From positions 1 to 62,376 of the forward strand of contig DYOF01000002.1 in NCBI GenBank assembly GCA_020720665.1: a stretch of 62,376 nucleotides of DNA, read 5' to 3'. A program made the position numbers and the translations under genes. The notes under the pieces are model-generated. The model did not search any database, had not been told where the DNA came from, and was given only the letters and a program-made list of their open reading frames with translations. This document shows, piece after piece, positions 50,465-60,124 of this stretch. The number at the start of each line of letters is the position of its first letter. The first letter of the stretch is position 1. This DNA is from Acetofilamentum sp. (GTDB lineage Bacteria > Bacteroidota > Bacteroidia > Bacteroidales > JAADGE01).

Positions 50465-51250
50465 TTACTTCAACCAACGTCTGAGCCACATTTCGGCTGC
50501 ATAAATCTTCCGAGTGGTCCAACTGTTAATCGGTACATTTAAACCGGTTTTTATTAATAAAGTTCCTTTAGGCTGACCTTCATAAACATTTACCTCAAGA
50601 GTTGAATTTGTGTAATCCGGACTCAAAAAATTGCCGATGACATAATTTGCTTCAAAATTAAAAAACATAAAATTAAAGCCTAAAATTGCCGCTAAATTAC
50701 TTTTTCTAAGCATTTCCTTATAATTTGCAGGCTGAGTTGTAGAGGATGTTGCCGAATAACTTACATTATCGGTTTTACTTAAGAATAAATTATAACTGTA
50801 TGAAACACCTCCGTATAAATACTTTTGACTTTCATAAAACTTTTTTCCGTATTTAATATAAACCGGAACTGTTACCTGCGACACTCGATAAGTTTCTTTT
50901 AATGTATAACTTGGTATTGAAGCTGTATAATAATTTGCAGCAATACCATACATTTTATATTCTAATCCTATACTTATCCCGGCATTATTACTTTTTAAAT
51001 CATGACTATACATTAAACTTCCGTAATAACCCGGTACATAATTAATATTAAAACTCGTATCCGGAAATAATTGTAAATGATCTAGCCCGTTTTTTGATAA
51101 TAACATAAAATTTAATAAAGTATCCGGTTGAGGAGATAAAACGGAATGATTTGCTCCTATTTTTATTGAAAAATAATCATACTCACTATCCCACTGTGAA
51201 AATGAATAAGTAGTGATTAAAATAAATATTATTATTATTGACTTTTTCAT
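50465..51250 (-). CDS. Outer-membrane beta-barrel (porin-family/PorT-like) protein
   Basis: 261 aa with a signal peptide and alternating aromatic/hydrophilic beta-strand pattern (YSYNLF, ANYVIGNF). Confidence 0.55.
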   Translation of the reverse strand: MKKSIIIIFILITTYSFSQWDSEYDYFSIKIGANHSVLSPQPDTLLNFMLLSKNGLDHLQLFPDTSFNINYVPGYYGSLMYSHDLKSNNAGISIGLEYKMYGIAANYYTASIPSYTLKETYRVSQVTVPVYIKYGKKFYESQKYLYGGVSYSYNLFLSKTDNVSYSATSSTTQPANYKEMLRKSNLAAILGFNFMFFNFEANYVIGNFLSPDYTNSTLEVNVYEGQPKGTLLIKTGLNVPINSWTTRKIYAAEMWLRRWLK

Positions 51251-51307
51251 CGGTCTTGCTTTTTAGTTTCTTTAATATAAACTTTTATTGAAGTATAATT
51301 GATATAA

Positions 51308-52933
51308 TTAAGGCCTGTAGTGCCAAAAATCATTAAAATCTAATTCCGGCACACCTGCCCAACCGCTACCCACATACGCTCTATAGTCATTATCACTTAT
51401 TTTAATGCCTACACCCACTGCTTCATATCTGGGTTTTCCTACCTGTACACCGTCAATTTTCCCGAAATCAGCTCTTTGTTCCCATTGATTGGTGAACGGG
51501 TTATATCTGTAAAAATCAGATAAAGCCTCACCGGAAGAATTTTTACCTAAGCCTACATAGCCCATTTCACCTAATGCAAACCCCACAGCCTCCACACGGG
51601 CTTCGCCCGGAAACGGTGTACGTTGCGTCCAACTCAAATAATCGCCTGTAGTTTGTCGGCACATCCACAAATCATTTTTATATACACCGGCTTCATCTCT
51701 TCCGCATGCAACATAAACATTGCTTCCTAAGGTAAAACAAACGGCTTCGGTTCGTTTACCGCCCGGGAAATTACCAATTTTTGTCCACGTTCCTCTTTCA
51801 TGATATAAACTTTTTTCCGTAGGATCATATTTGTAAACATATTCAACAGGCTCATTGCTGTAATCGGTTGTTCCTAAGGCTACATAGCCTATTCCGTTTA
51901 ATGAAAAAGCAATTGAATTTTCTGTAATAGTTCCGGGAAAATCAGCTCGTGATGTACCTTCTGTAATATTTTCCCATGTTCCCCACTCTCCTAAAGGTTT
52001 GTGTAAAACATCCGTCAGTTCTAATCTGTAAAAATTTACATTACCGGCATCGCCGTCATTGGTAATACCGAGTCCTAAAAATAAATAATCTGATTCTTGA
52101 TTATTTTCTAATTTAATATCTTCAAGAACAAAACAAACTGCATTTGTAAAATTAACCTGCTCTCCTACAGTAAAATTTTTGTACGGGTTATCCCATGAAT
52201 TACTTACCGGGTCGTATCTGTATAGCTCAATTTGATTACTCATAGGGGCTTCATCATGTCCTTGTAATATAAACATATATCCGTTGTATGAAAAAGATGT
52301 TGCACCCCAATAATAATTATCGTCAAAAGCTGCCGGAGTATCGGTCATACCGCCTCCTACCCACAAATCAACCGGGCTTTTTGTATTAATTTCTAAATCT
52401 TTTTGATTGTATGCAATATCTTTATATACCGGTAAACCTCCCACAAAACGACCGGTAACAACGAATGACCGCACATAATAGGTTTCTTCATAATGCAATC
52501 CTAAACTGCTTTGAAATTCTTTTCCTGCAAATAAATCTTCACCGGTTAAAAAACTTTCAGGTGCTTCTGTTCCTTTAAAATGATAAGAAGAATTTTGTTT
52601 TAAACGTTCTAATAAATTTATTTTACTCACAGAATCATATCCGCAAACTACCGGATTTGGATTTTTTGAATAAACATGACCGTATATTAAAATACTGTCT
52701 TTCAACATTCCGTTGTCATATTTTTTTACATAAGTAATATTTTCTTGTATAACAGCATAATTATCAGTAACAATAATTAAACTGTCCGGCGTACCGCTGA
52801 TATATTTGACTTTACCGTCCGGTGTAATAAACGTACCGCCGTCAAACTCTCTCGTAAAGGCATACGGATTCTCATCATATTTACAAGATGATATCAGTAA
52901 AAACGCTAACAGAAAATAAGTAATTTTTTTCAT
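51308..52933 (-). CDS. Kelch-like beta-propeller lipoprotein
   Basis: 541 aa with a lipobox (LISSC). Repeated blades of the form (D/N)(F/L)W.Y.P..N.W....FPG..R..AV.F.....YVGLG. Confidence 0.7.
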   Translation of the reverse strand: MKKITYFLLAFLLISSCKYDENPYAFTREFDGGTFITPDGKVKYISGTPDSLIIVTDNYAVIQENITYVKKYDNGMLKDSILIYGHVYSKNPNPVVCGYDSVSKINLLERLKQNSSYHFKGTEAPESFLTGEDLFAGKEFQSSLGLHYEETYYVRSFVVTGRFVGGLPVYKDIAYNQKDLEINTKSPVDLWVGGGMTDTPAAFDDNYYWGATSFSYNGYMFILQGHDEAPMSNQIELYRYDPVSNSWDNPYKNFTVGEQVNFTNAVCFVLEDIKLENNQESDYLFLGLGITNDGDAGNVNFYRLELTDVLHKPLGEWGTWENITEGTSRADFPGTITENSIAFSLNGIGYVALGTTDYSNEPVEYVYKYDPTEKSLYHERGTWTKIGNFPGGKRTEAVCFTLGSNVYVACGRDEAGVYKNDLWMCRQTTGDYLSWTQRTPFPGEARVEAVGFALGEMGYVGLGKNSSGEALSDFYRYNPFTNQWEQRADFGKIDGVQVGKPRYEAVGVGIKISDNDYRAYVGSGWAGVPELDFNDFWHYRP

Positions 52934-52950
52934 CTGTCTAAAAATTTATA

Positions 52951-53104
52951 ATTAATTAATAATCTGCAAATTGAATTGATATTACTATTAATAATGTTTT
53001 TTTCTCTGCACATAGGAACACTTCAATTATGCACTAAACATAATTACGGTATTCTGTTAGTCATGCTCCTGTGAGCTAAAAATTGTCTTACATTGGTGTT
53101 TTAT
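52951..53104 (-). repeat. Conserved ~170-nt leader element, copy B
   Basis: Collinear with copy A and ends at the Kelch-lipoprotein ATG (52933). See the copy A evidence. Confidence 0.85.
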
Positions 53105-53245
53105 GTGTTTATTTTTTAATTTTCGTTATAAATTTCAAAATGTCCTTTTTTAAAGCATAAAATTATACAAATAAAACGAAATTTCATTAAAATAAATTGT
53201 TTTTTTGATAAATGCTTTTAATAAAACAACTAAATCAATTAAATC

Positions 53246-53270
53246 TGTCAAAAATTATTCCGCTTTGACA
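53246..53270. promoter_or_regulatory. Perfect inverted repeat TGTCAAA-N11-TTTGACA upstream of grpE
   Basis: Read directly from the sequence, about 130 nt upstream of the grpE ATG. Function unknown. Confidence 0.2.
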
Positions 53271-53401
53271 AATTTAACAGTCTTTTAATAAATAAAATTT
53301 AAAATAAATGACATTTTGTCTATATATAAGGTTTGGCAAAAATTTTGATTAGTTTCACAGCGTTGATATGATTATTTAATTAATAACAAATTGAGTTAAG
53401 T

Positions 53402-53998
53402 ATGGCAAAAAAAGCTAAAAAGGAAAAAGATGCAAAAGAAACAGAAAATGAAGTGATTAACGAAAATCAAAATATCACGGAGCAAATTTCCGAAGAAAAT
53501 CAAGAAATCACAGAGGACATATCAGAACCGGCGGAAACGGAAAAAAAAGAACAAAAAGATGATTTTGAAATAAAATATAACGAATTAAACGATAAATATC
53601 TTCGATTAGTTGCCGAATATGACAATTACAGAAAAAGAACTCTTAAAGAGCGCATGGAGTTAATGAAAAACGCCGGTGAAGATATACTTGTTAATTTTTT
53701 ACCGATTTTGGATAACATTGAAAGAGCCCGACGATCAGTCGATGAAGCCAAAGAAATTGAAGCGGTTAAGGAAGGTATAAATTTAATTCACAAAAATATT
53801 TTTGATTTTTTAAGTCAGAAAGGAATTAAAGAAATTGATGCAAAAGGCGAAGTTTTTGATACAGATTTACACGAAGCGATAACAAAAATACCTGCACCAG
53901 ACGAAACTATGAAAGGAAAAGTTATCGATGTAATTGAGAAAGGATATAAAATGAAAGACAAAATCCTCAGATACTCAAAAGTAGTGGTCGGAGAATAA
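53402..53998 (+). CDS. grpE: Nucleotide exchange factor GrpE
   Basis: 198 aa. Acidic N-terminus, YLRLVAEYDNYRKR, and C-terminal FDTDLHEA...V.EKGY. Confidence 0.93.
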   Translation: MAKKAKKEKDAKETENEVINENQNITEQISEENQEITEDISEPAETEKKEQKDDFEIKYNELNDKYLRLVAEYDNYRKRTLKERMELMKNAGEDILVNFLPILDNIERARRSVDEAKEIEAVKEGINLIHKNIFDFLSQKGIKEIDAKGEVFDTDLHEAITKIPAPDETMKGKVIDVIEKGYKMKDKILRYSKVVVGE

Positions 53999-54054
53999 AA
54001 AAATAACAGGGAAATTATAAACATGACCGTTATGTTTTCCGAAATCATGATATT

Positions 54055-55188
54055 ATGACTAAAAAAGATTATTACGAAATTCTCGGTATTTCAAAAAATG
54101 CCGATAAAAATGAAATAAAAAAAGCATATCGAAAAATTGCTTTAGAATATCATCCTGATAAAAACCCGGATAACAAAGAAGCCGAAGAAAAATTTAAGGA
54201 AGCGGCAGAAGCATATGAAGTTTTAAGCAATGACGATAAACGAGCAAAATATGACCGTTTCGGACATTCGGCATTTGACGGTGCAGGCGGATTCAGCGGA
54301 GGCGGTATGACAATGGATGATATCTTTTCACAATTCGGAGATATATTCGGTGGTTTCGGTTTCGGAGGTTTCGGAGGAAGCAGCAGAAGAGGCAGGCACG
54401 TCAATAAAGGAAGTAATTTAAGAGTTAAAGTACAATTAGACCTTACAGAAATTTTATACGGAGCAACAAAAAAAATTAAGGTCAAAAAATACATTGCTTG
54501 TTCGCATTGTTCCGGCTCGGGTTCTGAAAACAATTCATTCTCAGATTGTTCTACATGCAACGGAACAGGACAGGTGTACAGAGTTCAAAATACCATACTC
54601 GGACAAATGCAAACCACAAGTACATGTCCTACTTGCCAAGGAGAAGGTAAAATAATTAAAAATAAATGTACGCACTGCTACGGTGAGGGCATTGTTCAAG
54701 GTGAGGAGGTGGTTCAAATTAATGTTCCTGCCGGTGTAGCCGAAGGCATGCAAATGAAAGTTTCAGGAAAAGGAAATGCAGCAAGAAGAGGCGGCGTTAA
54801 CGGTGATTTAATGGTTGTCTTTGAAGAAGAAGAACACCCGGATTTAATAAGAGACGGGGAAGACCTGCTGTATAATTTGTTTATCAGTTTTCCTGAGGCG
54901 GTTTTAGGCACTTCGGTTGAAATTCCGTCAATTGAAAATAAAGTTAAAATTAAAATTTCTCCCGGAACACAAAGCGGTAAAGTTCTTCGACTAAAAGGAA
55001 AGGGACTTCCTTCATACGGAAGTTACGGAAAAGGAGACATTTTAGTTAAAGTTAATGTTTGGATACCTCAAACTGTTGATAAAGAAGAAAAGAAATCTCT
55101 TGAAAAATTTTTAGAATCTGATAATTTTAAACCAAACCCTGATAAATCCGAAAAAAGTTTTTTTGACAGAGTAAAAGATATGTTTTAA
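54055..55188 (+). CDS. dnaJ: Molecular chaperone DnaJ
   Basis: 377 aa. J-domain (DYYEILGI...YHPDKN), G/F region and four CxxCxGxG zinc motifs. Confidence 0.96.
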   Translation: MTKKDYYEILGISKNADKNEIKKAYRKIALEYHPDKNPDNKEAEEKFKEAAEAYEVLSNDDKRAKYDRFGHSAFDGAGGFSGGGMTMDDIFSQFGDIFGGFGFGGFGGSSRRGRHVNKGSNLRVKVQLDLTEILYGATKKIKVKKYIACSHCSGSGSENNSFSDCSTCNGTGQVYRVQNTILGQMQTTSTCPTCQGEGKIIKNKCTHCYGEGIVQGEEVVQINVPAGVAEGMQMKVSGKGNAARRGGVNGDLMVVFEEEEHPDLIRDGEDLLYNLFISFPEAVLGTSVEIPSIENKVKIKISPGTQSGKVLRLKGKGLPSYGSYGKGDILVKVNVWIPQTVDKEEKKSLEKFLESDNFKPNPDKSEKSFFDRVKDMF

Positions 55189-55189
55189 T

Positions 55190-55218
55190 AAAAAAGCCGA
55201 AATTAATTCGGCTTTTTT
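55190..55218. terminator. Bidirectional terminator hairpin
   Basis: aaaaaagccgaa pairs with ttcggctttttt around the loop attaa. It lies between convergent dnaJ and 55220..56191. Confidence 0.8.
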
Positions 55219-55219
55219 A

Positions 55220-56191
55220 TTAAATATCTTTCATATATAATTTAACCTCTTTTCCGTTCTTATATTCAGTTATATATGTATTTGACAGTCCGTTTGCATT
55301 CTTAAAATTCTTTGCCTCTTGGTAATTTGAAAAACTACCTATGGTATATTTATAGTAAACTTGTGATTTATAGATGTTTACCCCTAAATCTGTCGGATTC
55401 AAACGTTTTATCTGACTATCGGAAGCCGGCAATATTGATGTACCTATTTGAATTCTGTACTCTGAGCCTTTTACAATAGTATTAGGATTATTTACACTAT
55501 TATTTGTATTTATATTGTTTATTTGTCCGTCTGATTGATTACCGTTAGTTTTATTAACGCCGTTTTCATTTGAATTAAATGTAAAATTTTCGGGCAAACT
55601 TGCATTATGCACTGAAAAGCTCCTTGTATTATATTCGATTGAATTGGTCGGCTGCTCTGTTAAATCAATACGATAATTATGGTCGGGAATATTAGTTTCC
55701 GCCGCTATCCTGCCGTTTAATACACCAAATGCTTTATCCTGCAATTTTATGGCTTCCTGCTCTGATACATGTGCTGATTTTAAAAATTCCATACAGATAT
55801 TTTCTTCTTTTTCTTTATTTGCAGATAAACGTTCGGAAATAGAATTTCTAAACTTATTTTTGGCTTCCTGAGTTAAATAAATAATATATTTTTTTTTATT
55901 TTCTTCTGTTTCTTTAGTTAAAACATCAATTTTTGCTTCATAAATTAAAAACAATTCATGATAATTTTCTTGAAACAAATCTGATGCTTTTTGCATTTTT
56001 GAAAAATTGCTCTCACTTAACGATTCTGAATAAATTTTATCCGCTTCGCTTAAATTTTCTTTAATTTTTTTTAAACCATCCTGTTTATCCTTCTCAAAAT
56101 TTTGCATGTTTAAATCAAAATTCTCATCCATTTGAGAATATGACGTAAAAACTGAAAAAATAAATAAAAAACATAGTAAATGTGTCTTCAT
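55220..56191 (-). CDS. Coiled-coil protein with a C-terminal SPOR-like module (paralog of 45017..47416)
   Basis: The signal peptide starts at the internal ATG (MKTHLLCFLFIFSVFTSYSQ). The C-terminus is YRIQIGTS...YKYTIGSFSNYQEAKNF. The ORF track extends to 56260. Confidence 0.55.
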   Translation of the reverse strand: MKTHLLCFLFIFSVFTSYSQMDENFDLNMQNFEKDKQDGLKKIKENLSEADKIYSESLSESNFSKMQKASDLFQENYHELFLIYEAKIDVLTKETEENKKKYIIYLTQEAKNKFRNSISERLSANKEKEENICMEFLKSAHVSEQEAIKLQDKAFGVLNGRIAAETNIPDHNYRIDLTEQPTNSIEYNTRSFSVHNASLPENFTFNSNENGVNKTNGNQSDGQINNINTNNSVNNPNTIVKGSEYRIQIGTSILPASDSQIKRLNPTDLGVNIYKSQVYYKYTIGSFSNYQEAKNFKNANGLSNTYITEYKNGKEVKLYMKDI

Positions 56192-56438
56192 TTCAATAAA
56201 GTTAAGTTGTTTTTTCTGATAAAATAAATGTTTTTTCAATATATATAAATGTGCTAACAAATAATTTGCCGGAACATTAATCCATACAAATTTAAAACAT
56301 TTTAAGCAAATTTACAAACATCATAAGTAAACTAATGTTATGTTATGAATAATATGTTTAATAATAGTTAATAAAATAACATTTTAAAACGTTTATCAAC
56401 TACTTTTGCAGCGATTTTTTACATATATATAAATCGGT

Positions 56439-57272
56439 ATGAATACTATAATCGATAAACAATATTTTTCTGAAAAAGTGGTAAAACTGACTATTTTGGC
56501 TCCTGATATTGCCAAAAACAGAAAACCCGGAAATTTTGTAATCATAAAAATTGGGGAAAAAGGCGAAAGAATACCTTTAACTATTGCCGGAGCTGATATT
56601 GAAAAAGGGTCTGTTGATTTGGTGGTTCAAATTGTGGGAGTAAGCTCACATAAACTAAGCGCATTAAATATCGGAGATGCCGTAACTGATATTGTCGGTC
56701 CCTTGGGACAAGCCACACATATTGAAAAAGTCGGAACAATTTTGGCTGCCGGAGGCGGCGTTGGTGCTGCACCGCTATTGCCTATTATTGAAGCATTTAA
56801 AAAAGCAGGAAATAAAGTAATTACTGTTTTGGCTGCCCGAAATAAAGACCTTATTATTTTAGAAGATGAAGTCAGAAAACATTCTGATGAAGTAATTATT
56901 ATGACCGACGACGGTTCATACGGCACAAAAGGATTAGTTACTGCCGGAATGGAAGAAGTAATTCAACGAGAAAAAATTGACCTTTCGGTTGTTATCGGAC
57001 CTGCCATAATGATGAAATATGCCGCCATGACTACAAAAAAATACAACATCAATACCATAGCCAGCCTCAATACCATAATGGTTGACGGAACAGGAATGTG
57101 CGGTGCATGCAGAATCACAGTTGACGGAAAAACAAAATTTGTTTGCATTGACGGTCCTGAGTTCGATGCCCACAAAGTAGATTTTGACGAAATGCTTTTA
57201 CGTCTTTCTGCATACAAGGACATGGAAGCCAAGGCATACGAAAAACATATTTCGTGTAAAACACAATCATAA
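56439..57272 (+). CDS. PyrK/NfnA-like FAD/NAD(P)-binding electron-transfer subunit with a [2Fe-2S] site
   Basis: 277 aa. GNFVIIKIGEKGERIPLTI, AAGGGVGAAPL and the C-terminal cluster motif GTGMCGACR. Confidence 0.8.
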   Translation: MNTIIDKQYFSEKVVKLTILAPDIAKNRKPGNFVIIKIGEKGERIPLTIAGADIEKGSVDLVVQIVGVSSHKLSALNIGDAVTDIVGPLGQATHIEKVGTILAAGGGVGAAPLLPIIEAFKKAGNKVITVLAARNKDLIILEDEVRKHSDEVIIMTDDGSYGTKGLVTAGMEEVIQREKIDLSVVIGPAIMMKYAAMTTKKYNINTIASLNTIMVDGTGMCGACRITVDGKTKFVCIDGPEFDAHKVDFDEMLLRLSAYKDMEAKAYEKHISCKTQS

Positions 57273-57282
57273 TTTTTACAAA

Positions 57283-58779
57283 ATGGCTGAGAATCAAACA
57301 GAATATTATAAAATTGAAAGGGCACAAGAATGGCGTGCCGAAATACGAAAAAATATTAAAGTTAAAGACAGAACCGAAATGATTAGGGTTAAAATGCTTG
57401 AACAAGACCCTTTAATCAGAAATAAAAACGGTTTGGAAGTGAACTTAGGCTTAACCGAAGAATTAGCAGTTACAGAAGCTCAAAGATGCATTGATTGTCC
57501 CGACCCGACTTGCATCACAGGTTGCCCTGTAAATATCTATATTCCGAAATTTATTAAAAAAATTGAAATCAGAGATTTTTTAGGCGCCGCACAAGTTCTG
57601 AAAGAAACCAATTCGTTGCCTGCTGTTTGCGGAAGAGTTTGTCCGCAAGAAAAACAATGCGAAAACTCATGCTTTTACACCATAAAACTTAATAAACCGC
57701 CGGTAGCCATCGGATTTTTGGAACGTTTTGCTGCCGACTATGAAAGAAATTCAGGCAAGATAAATATCCCCGAAACTGCTCAAAAAAACAATATAAAAGT
57801 AGCCGGTATCGGCTCCGGACCGGCATCTTTGGCTTGGGCTACCGATATGGCAAGAATGGGTTATGATGTAACGGTTTTTGAAGCCTTACATGAAATAGGG
57901 GGTGTTTTAAAATACGGAATTCCTGAGTTTCGATTGCCCAACAGCATTGTTGATATTGAAATAAACAATCTGAAAAAAATGGGCGTTAAATTCGTAACTA
58001 ATTTTGTAGTAGGCAAAACAGCAAGTTTGGACGATTTGAGAGAACAAGGTTTTCAAGCGTTTTTTGTGGCAAGTGGTGCAGGTCTTCCTCGTTTTATGGA
58101 TATTCCGGGCGAAAATTCAATCAATATTTTCTCTTCAAATGAATATCTTACAAGAATTAATTTAATGGGTGCGGCAAAAGACGATTACGATACACCCGTT
58201 CCCTTCGGAAAAAATGTTGCCGTTATCGGCGGCGGAAATACTGCTATGGATTCCGTAAGAACGGCCAAAAGGCTCGGGGCTGAAAGAGCAATGATTGTTT
58301 ACAGACGTACTCGAAACGAAATGCCCGCAAGAGTTGAAGAAGTTGAACATGCCATTGAAGAACAAATAGAATTTATGAACCTGAACAACCCGGTAAGCTA
58401 CATTGCCGACCAAAAAGGAAGAGTAACTAAAATGGTTCTTCAAAAAATGGTATTGGGCGAACCCGACAGTTCCGGAAGAAGGAGCCCCGTGCCTCTCGAA
58501 GGAAGCGAATACGAAGTAGATGTTGACATAGTGGTGGTTGCAGTGGGCGTTTCTCCTAATCCTTTAATTCCGGCAAGCGTAAAAGGTTTGGAAACTACCA
58601 AATGGGGAACTATAAAAGTTAATGAGCAATTCCAATCCTCCATTGAAGACATTTTTGCAGGCGGTGATATTGTAAGAGGTGGCGCAACCGTTATCTTAGC
58701 CATGGGAGACGGAAGAAAAGCTGCCGAAAATATGGATATTTACATAAAAACAACATTAAAACACAAGTCAAATGATTGA
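57283..58779 (+). CDS. GltD/NfnB-like NADPH-dependent oxidoreductase (glutamate synthase small-subunit family)
   Basis: Starts at MAENQTEYY. Two Fe-S motifs (CIDCPDPTCITGCP, CGRVCPQEKQCENSC) and dinucleotide folds (VAGIGSGPASL, VAVIGGGNTAMD). The upstream extension to 57184 overlaps the previous gene and is rejected. Confidence 0.85.
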   Translation: MAENQTEYYKIERAQEWRAEIRKNIKVKDRTEMIRVKMLEQDPLIRNKNGLEVNLGLTEELAVTEAQRCIDCPDPTCITGCPVNIYIPKFIKKIEIRDFLGAAQVLKETNSLPAVCGRVCPQEKQCENSCFYTIKLNKPPVAIGFLERFAADYERNSGKINIPETAQKNNIKVAGIGSGPASLAWATDMARMGYDVTVFEALHEIGGVLKYGIPEFRLPNSIVDIEINNLKKMGVKFVTNFVVGKTASLDDLREQGFQAFFVASGAGLPRFMDIPGENSINIFSSNEYLTRINLMGAAKDDYDTPVPFGKNVAVIGGGNTAMDSVRTAKRLGAERAMIVYRRTRNEMPARVEEVEHAIEEQIEFMNLNNPVSYIADQKGRVTKMVLQKMVLGEPDSSGRRSPVPLEGSEYEVDVDIVVVAVGVSPNPLIPASVKGLETTKWGTIKVNEQFQSSIEDIFAGGDIVRGGATVILAMGDGRKAAENMDIYIKTTLKHKSND

Positions 58780-59761
58780 TTTATCTGTTCAGTATGCAGG
58801 TTTATTCCTGAAAAACCCCATAATTGCAGCCGCTTCAGGACATACTTCAAGTTTAGAACATTTAATTGAGCTTGAAAAAAACGGAATTGCTGCTGTAGTT
58901 CTTAAATCCTTATTCGAAGAAGAAATTATCAATGAATTTCATAACACTTTAGACGCTGACGACCAATTTCAAAGCAATATCGAATTCTTGGATTATTACG
59001 ATTACGAATTAAAAAAAGAAAACGTAAATCGATACATTAAACTTATCAAAGATGCTAAGCAAAAATTAAATATTCCTGTAATTGCAAGCATTAATTGTGT
59101 GAGTGCCGGCGAATGGACCCCTTATGCCGAGAAATTTGAAGAAGCAGGTGCTGATGCCTTAGAACTGAATATTTTTATTTTGCCGTCTGATAATGCAAAA
59201 ACGTCCATAGATATAGAAAACGATTATTTCAAAATCATAAACAGTATTAAAGAAAAACTGAGTATCCCGATTACCGTTAAAATAAGTCCGTTTTTTACAA
59301 ATGTTTCGGAAATAATTCAAAAAACTTCAAAAACAGGTATTTCCGGCATTGTGTTATTTAATCGCTCATACAGCCCTGACTTTGATATTGAGAAAATGAC
59401 ATTAAACACGTCAAATGTTTTCAGTAGTCCGAACGATTACACCCTACCCTTGCGATTTATTGCAATGAATTCCAAAAAAGTATCGTGCTCGTTAGCTGCA
59501 TCTACAGGCATACACGACGGCAGTGCACTTATTAAAATGTTATTGGCAGGTGCCGATGCCGTTCAAATTGCTTCCTGTATCTATCTGCATGGCAGCACAC
59601 ATATCAACAAAATGCTGGTAGAACTTGAAACTTGGATGAACTCTAAAAACTATTTGAATATTTCGATGTTCAAAGGCAAACTGAGCGGTGAAAATATTGA
59701 AAATCCGGCGGAATTTGAGCGCGTTCAGTTTATGAAGTATTTCAGCAATCATGAAATATAA
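58772..59761 (+). CDS. Dihydroorotate-dehydrogenase-like (class 1 DHOD/DPD domain IV fold) protein
   Basis: 329 aa with a TIM-barrel FMN-enzyme pattern (NPIIAAASG, LELNI, TVKISP, VLFNR). Overlaps the preceding gene by 8 nt. Confidence 0.7.
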   Translation: MIDLSVQYAGLFLKNPIIAAASGHTSSLEHLIELEKNGIAAVVLKSLFEEEIINEFHNTLDADDQFQSNIEFLDYYDYELKKENVNRYIKLIKDAKQKLNIPVIASINCVSAGEWTPYAEKFEEAGADALELNIFILPSDNAKTSIDIENDYFKIINSIKEKLSIPITVKISPFFTNVSEIIQKTSKTGISGIVLFNRSYSPDFDIEKMTLNTSNVFSSPNDYTLPLRFIAMNSKKVSCSLAASTGIHDGSALIKMLLAGADAVQIASCIYLHGSTHINKMLVELETWMNSKNYLNISMFKGKLSGENIENPAEFERVQFMKYFSNHEI

Positions 59762-60124
59762 AACAATTTTTTCGGAATATTATTTTTTGTTTTTTTGTTA
59801 ATCATTGTTCCTTTTATTGCTCAAAATACTCATTCCCTAAAATACAAACAAGCCTTAAGTTTAAAATACAACACTTTAAGCTTAAAACCTTTAAAGTAAT
59901 CCGTGTATGATTTCGGCATCGAATATTTTCCTTTTCATAGTTAAAAAAAATATTTAACGCCTAATAAATATTTTTACCTAAATTTGCCTAAAATGAAGTA
60001 GCATTAGTGTTTGAATTCTGTTTTGAAAAATAATAATTATATTTACAAAAATTTACAAAAAGGAATTATTTAAAACCTATAATTAATTTTCTGAAAATTA
60101 CTGAAATATTTAAAAGGAACGTCT

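Noticed and set aside
54150-54911. Three minus-strand ORFs (136, 70 and 65 aa) antisense to dnaJ
   Set aside because: They are generated by the Gly/Cys-rich repetitive coding of dnaJ. The proline-rich [10 protein letters not shown] translation is simply the reverse complement of the G/F region.
57184-57282. N-terminal extension of the GltD/NfnB-like ORF (MTKCFYVFLHTRTW...)
   Set aside because: The extension overlaps the 3' end of the upstream gene in another frame and has no similarity to GltD N-termini. The ATG at 57283 (MAENQTEYY) sits 10 nt after the upstream stop.
56581-57405. Cluster of minus-strand ORFs (63-120 aa) over the NfnA-like gene and the junction
   Set aside because: All are antisense to two strongly supported redox genes, and none has recognisable features.
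59751-59801. 16-codon ORF (MKYKTIFSEYYFLFFC) overlapping the DHOD-like stop, possibly a frameshifted signal peptide across T-runs
   Set aside because: It is too short, needs an assumed frameshift to extend, and the extended product has no recognisable features.
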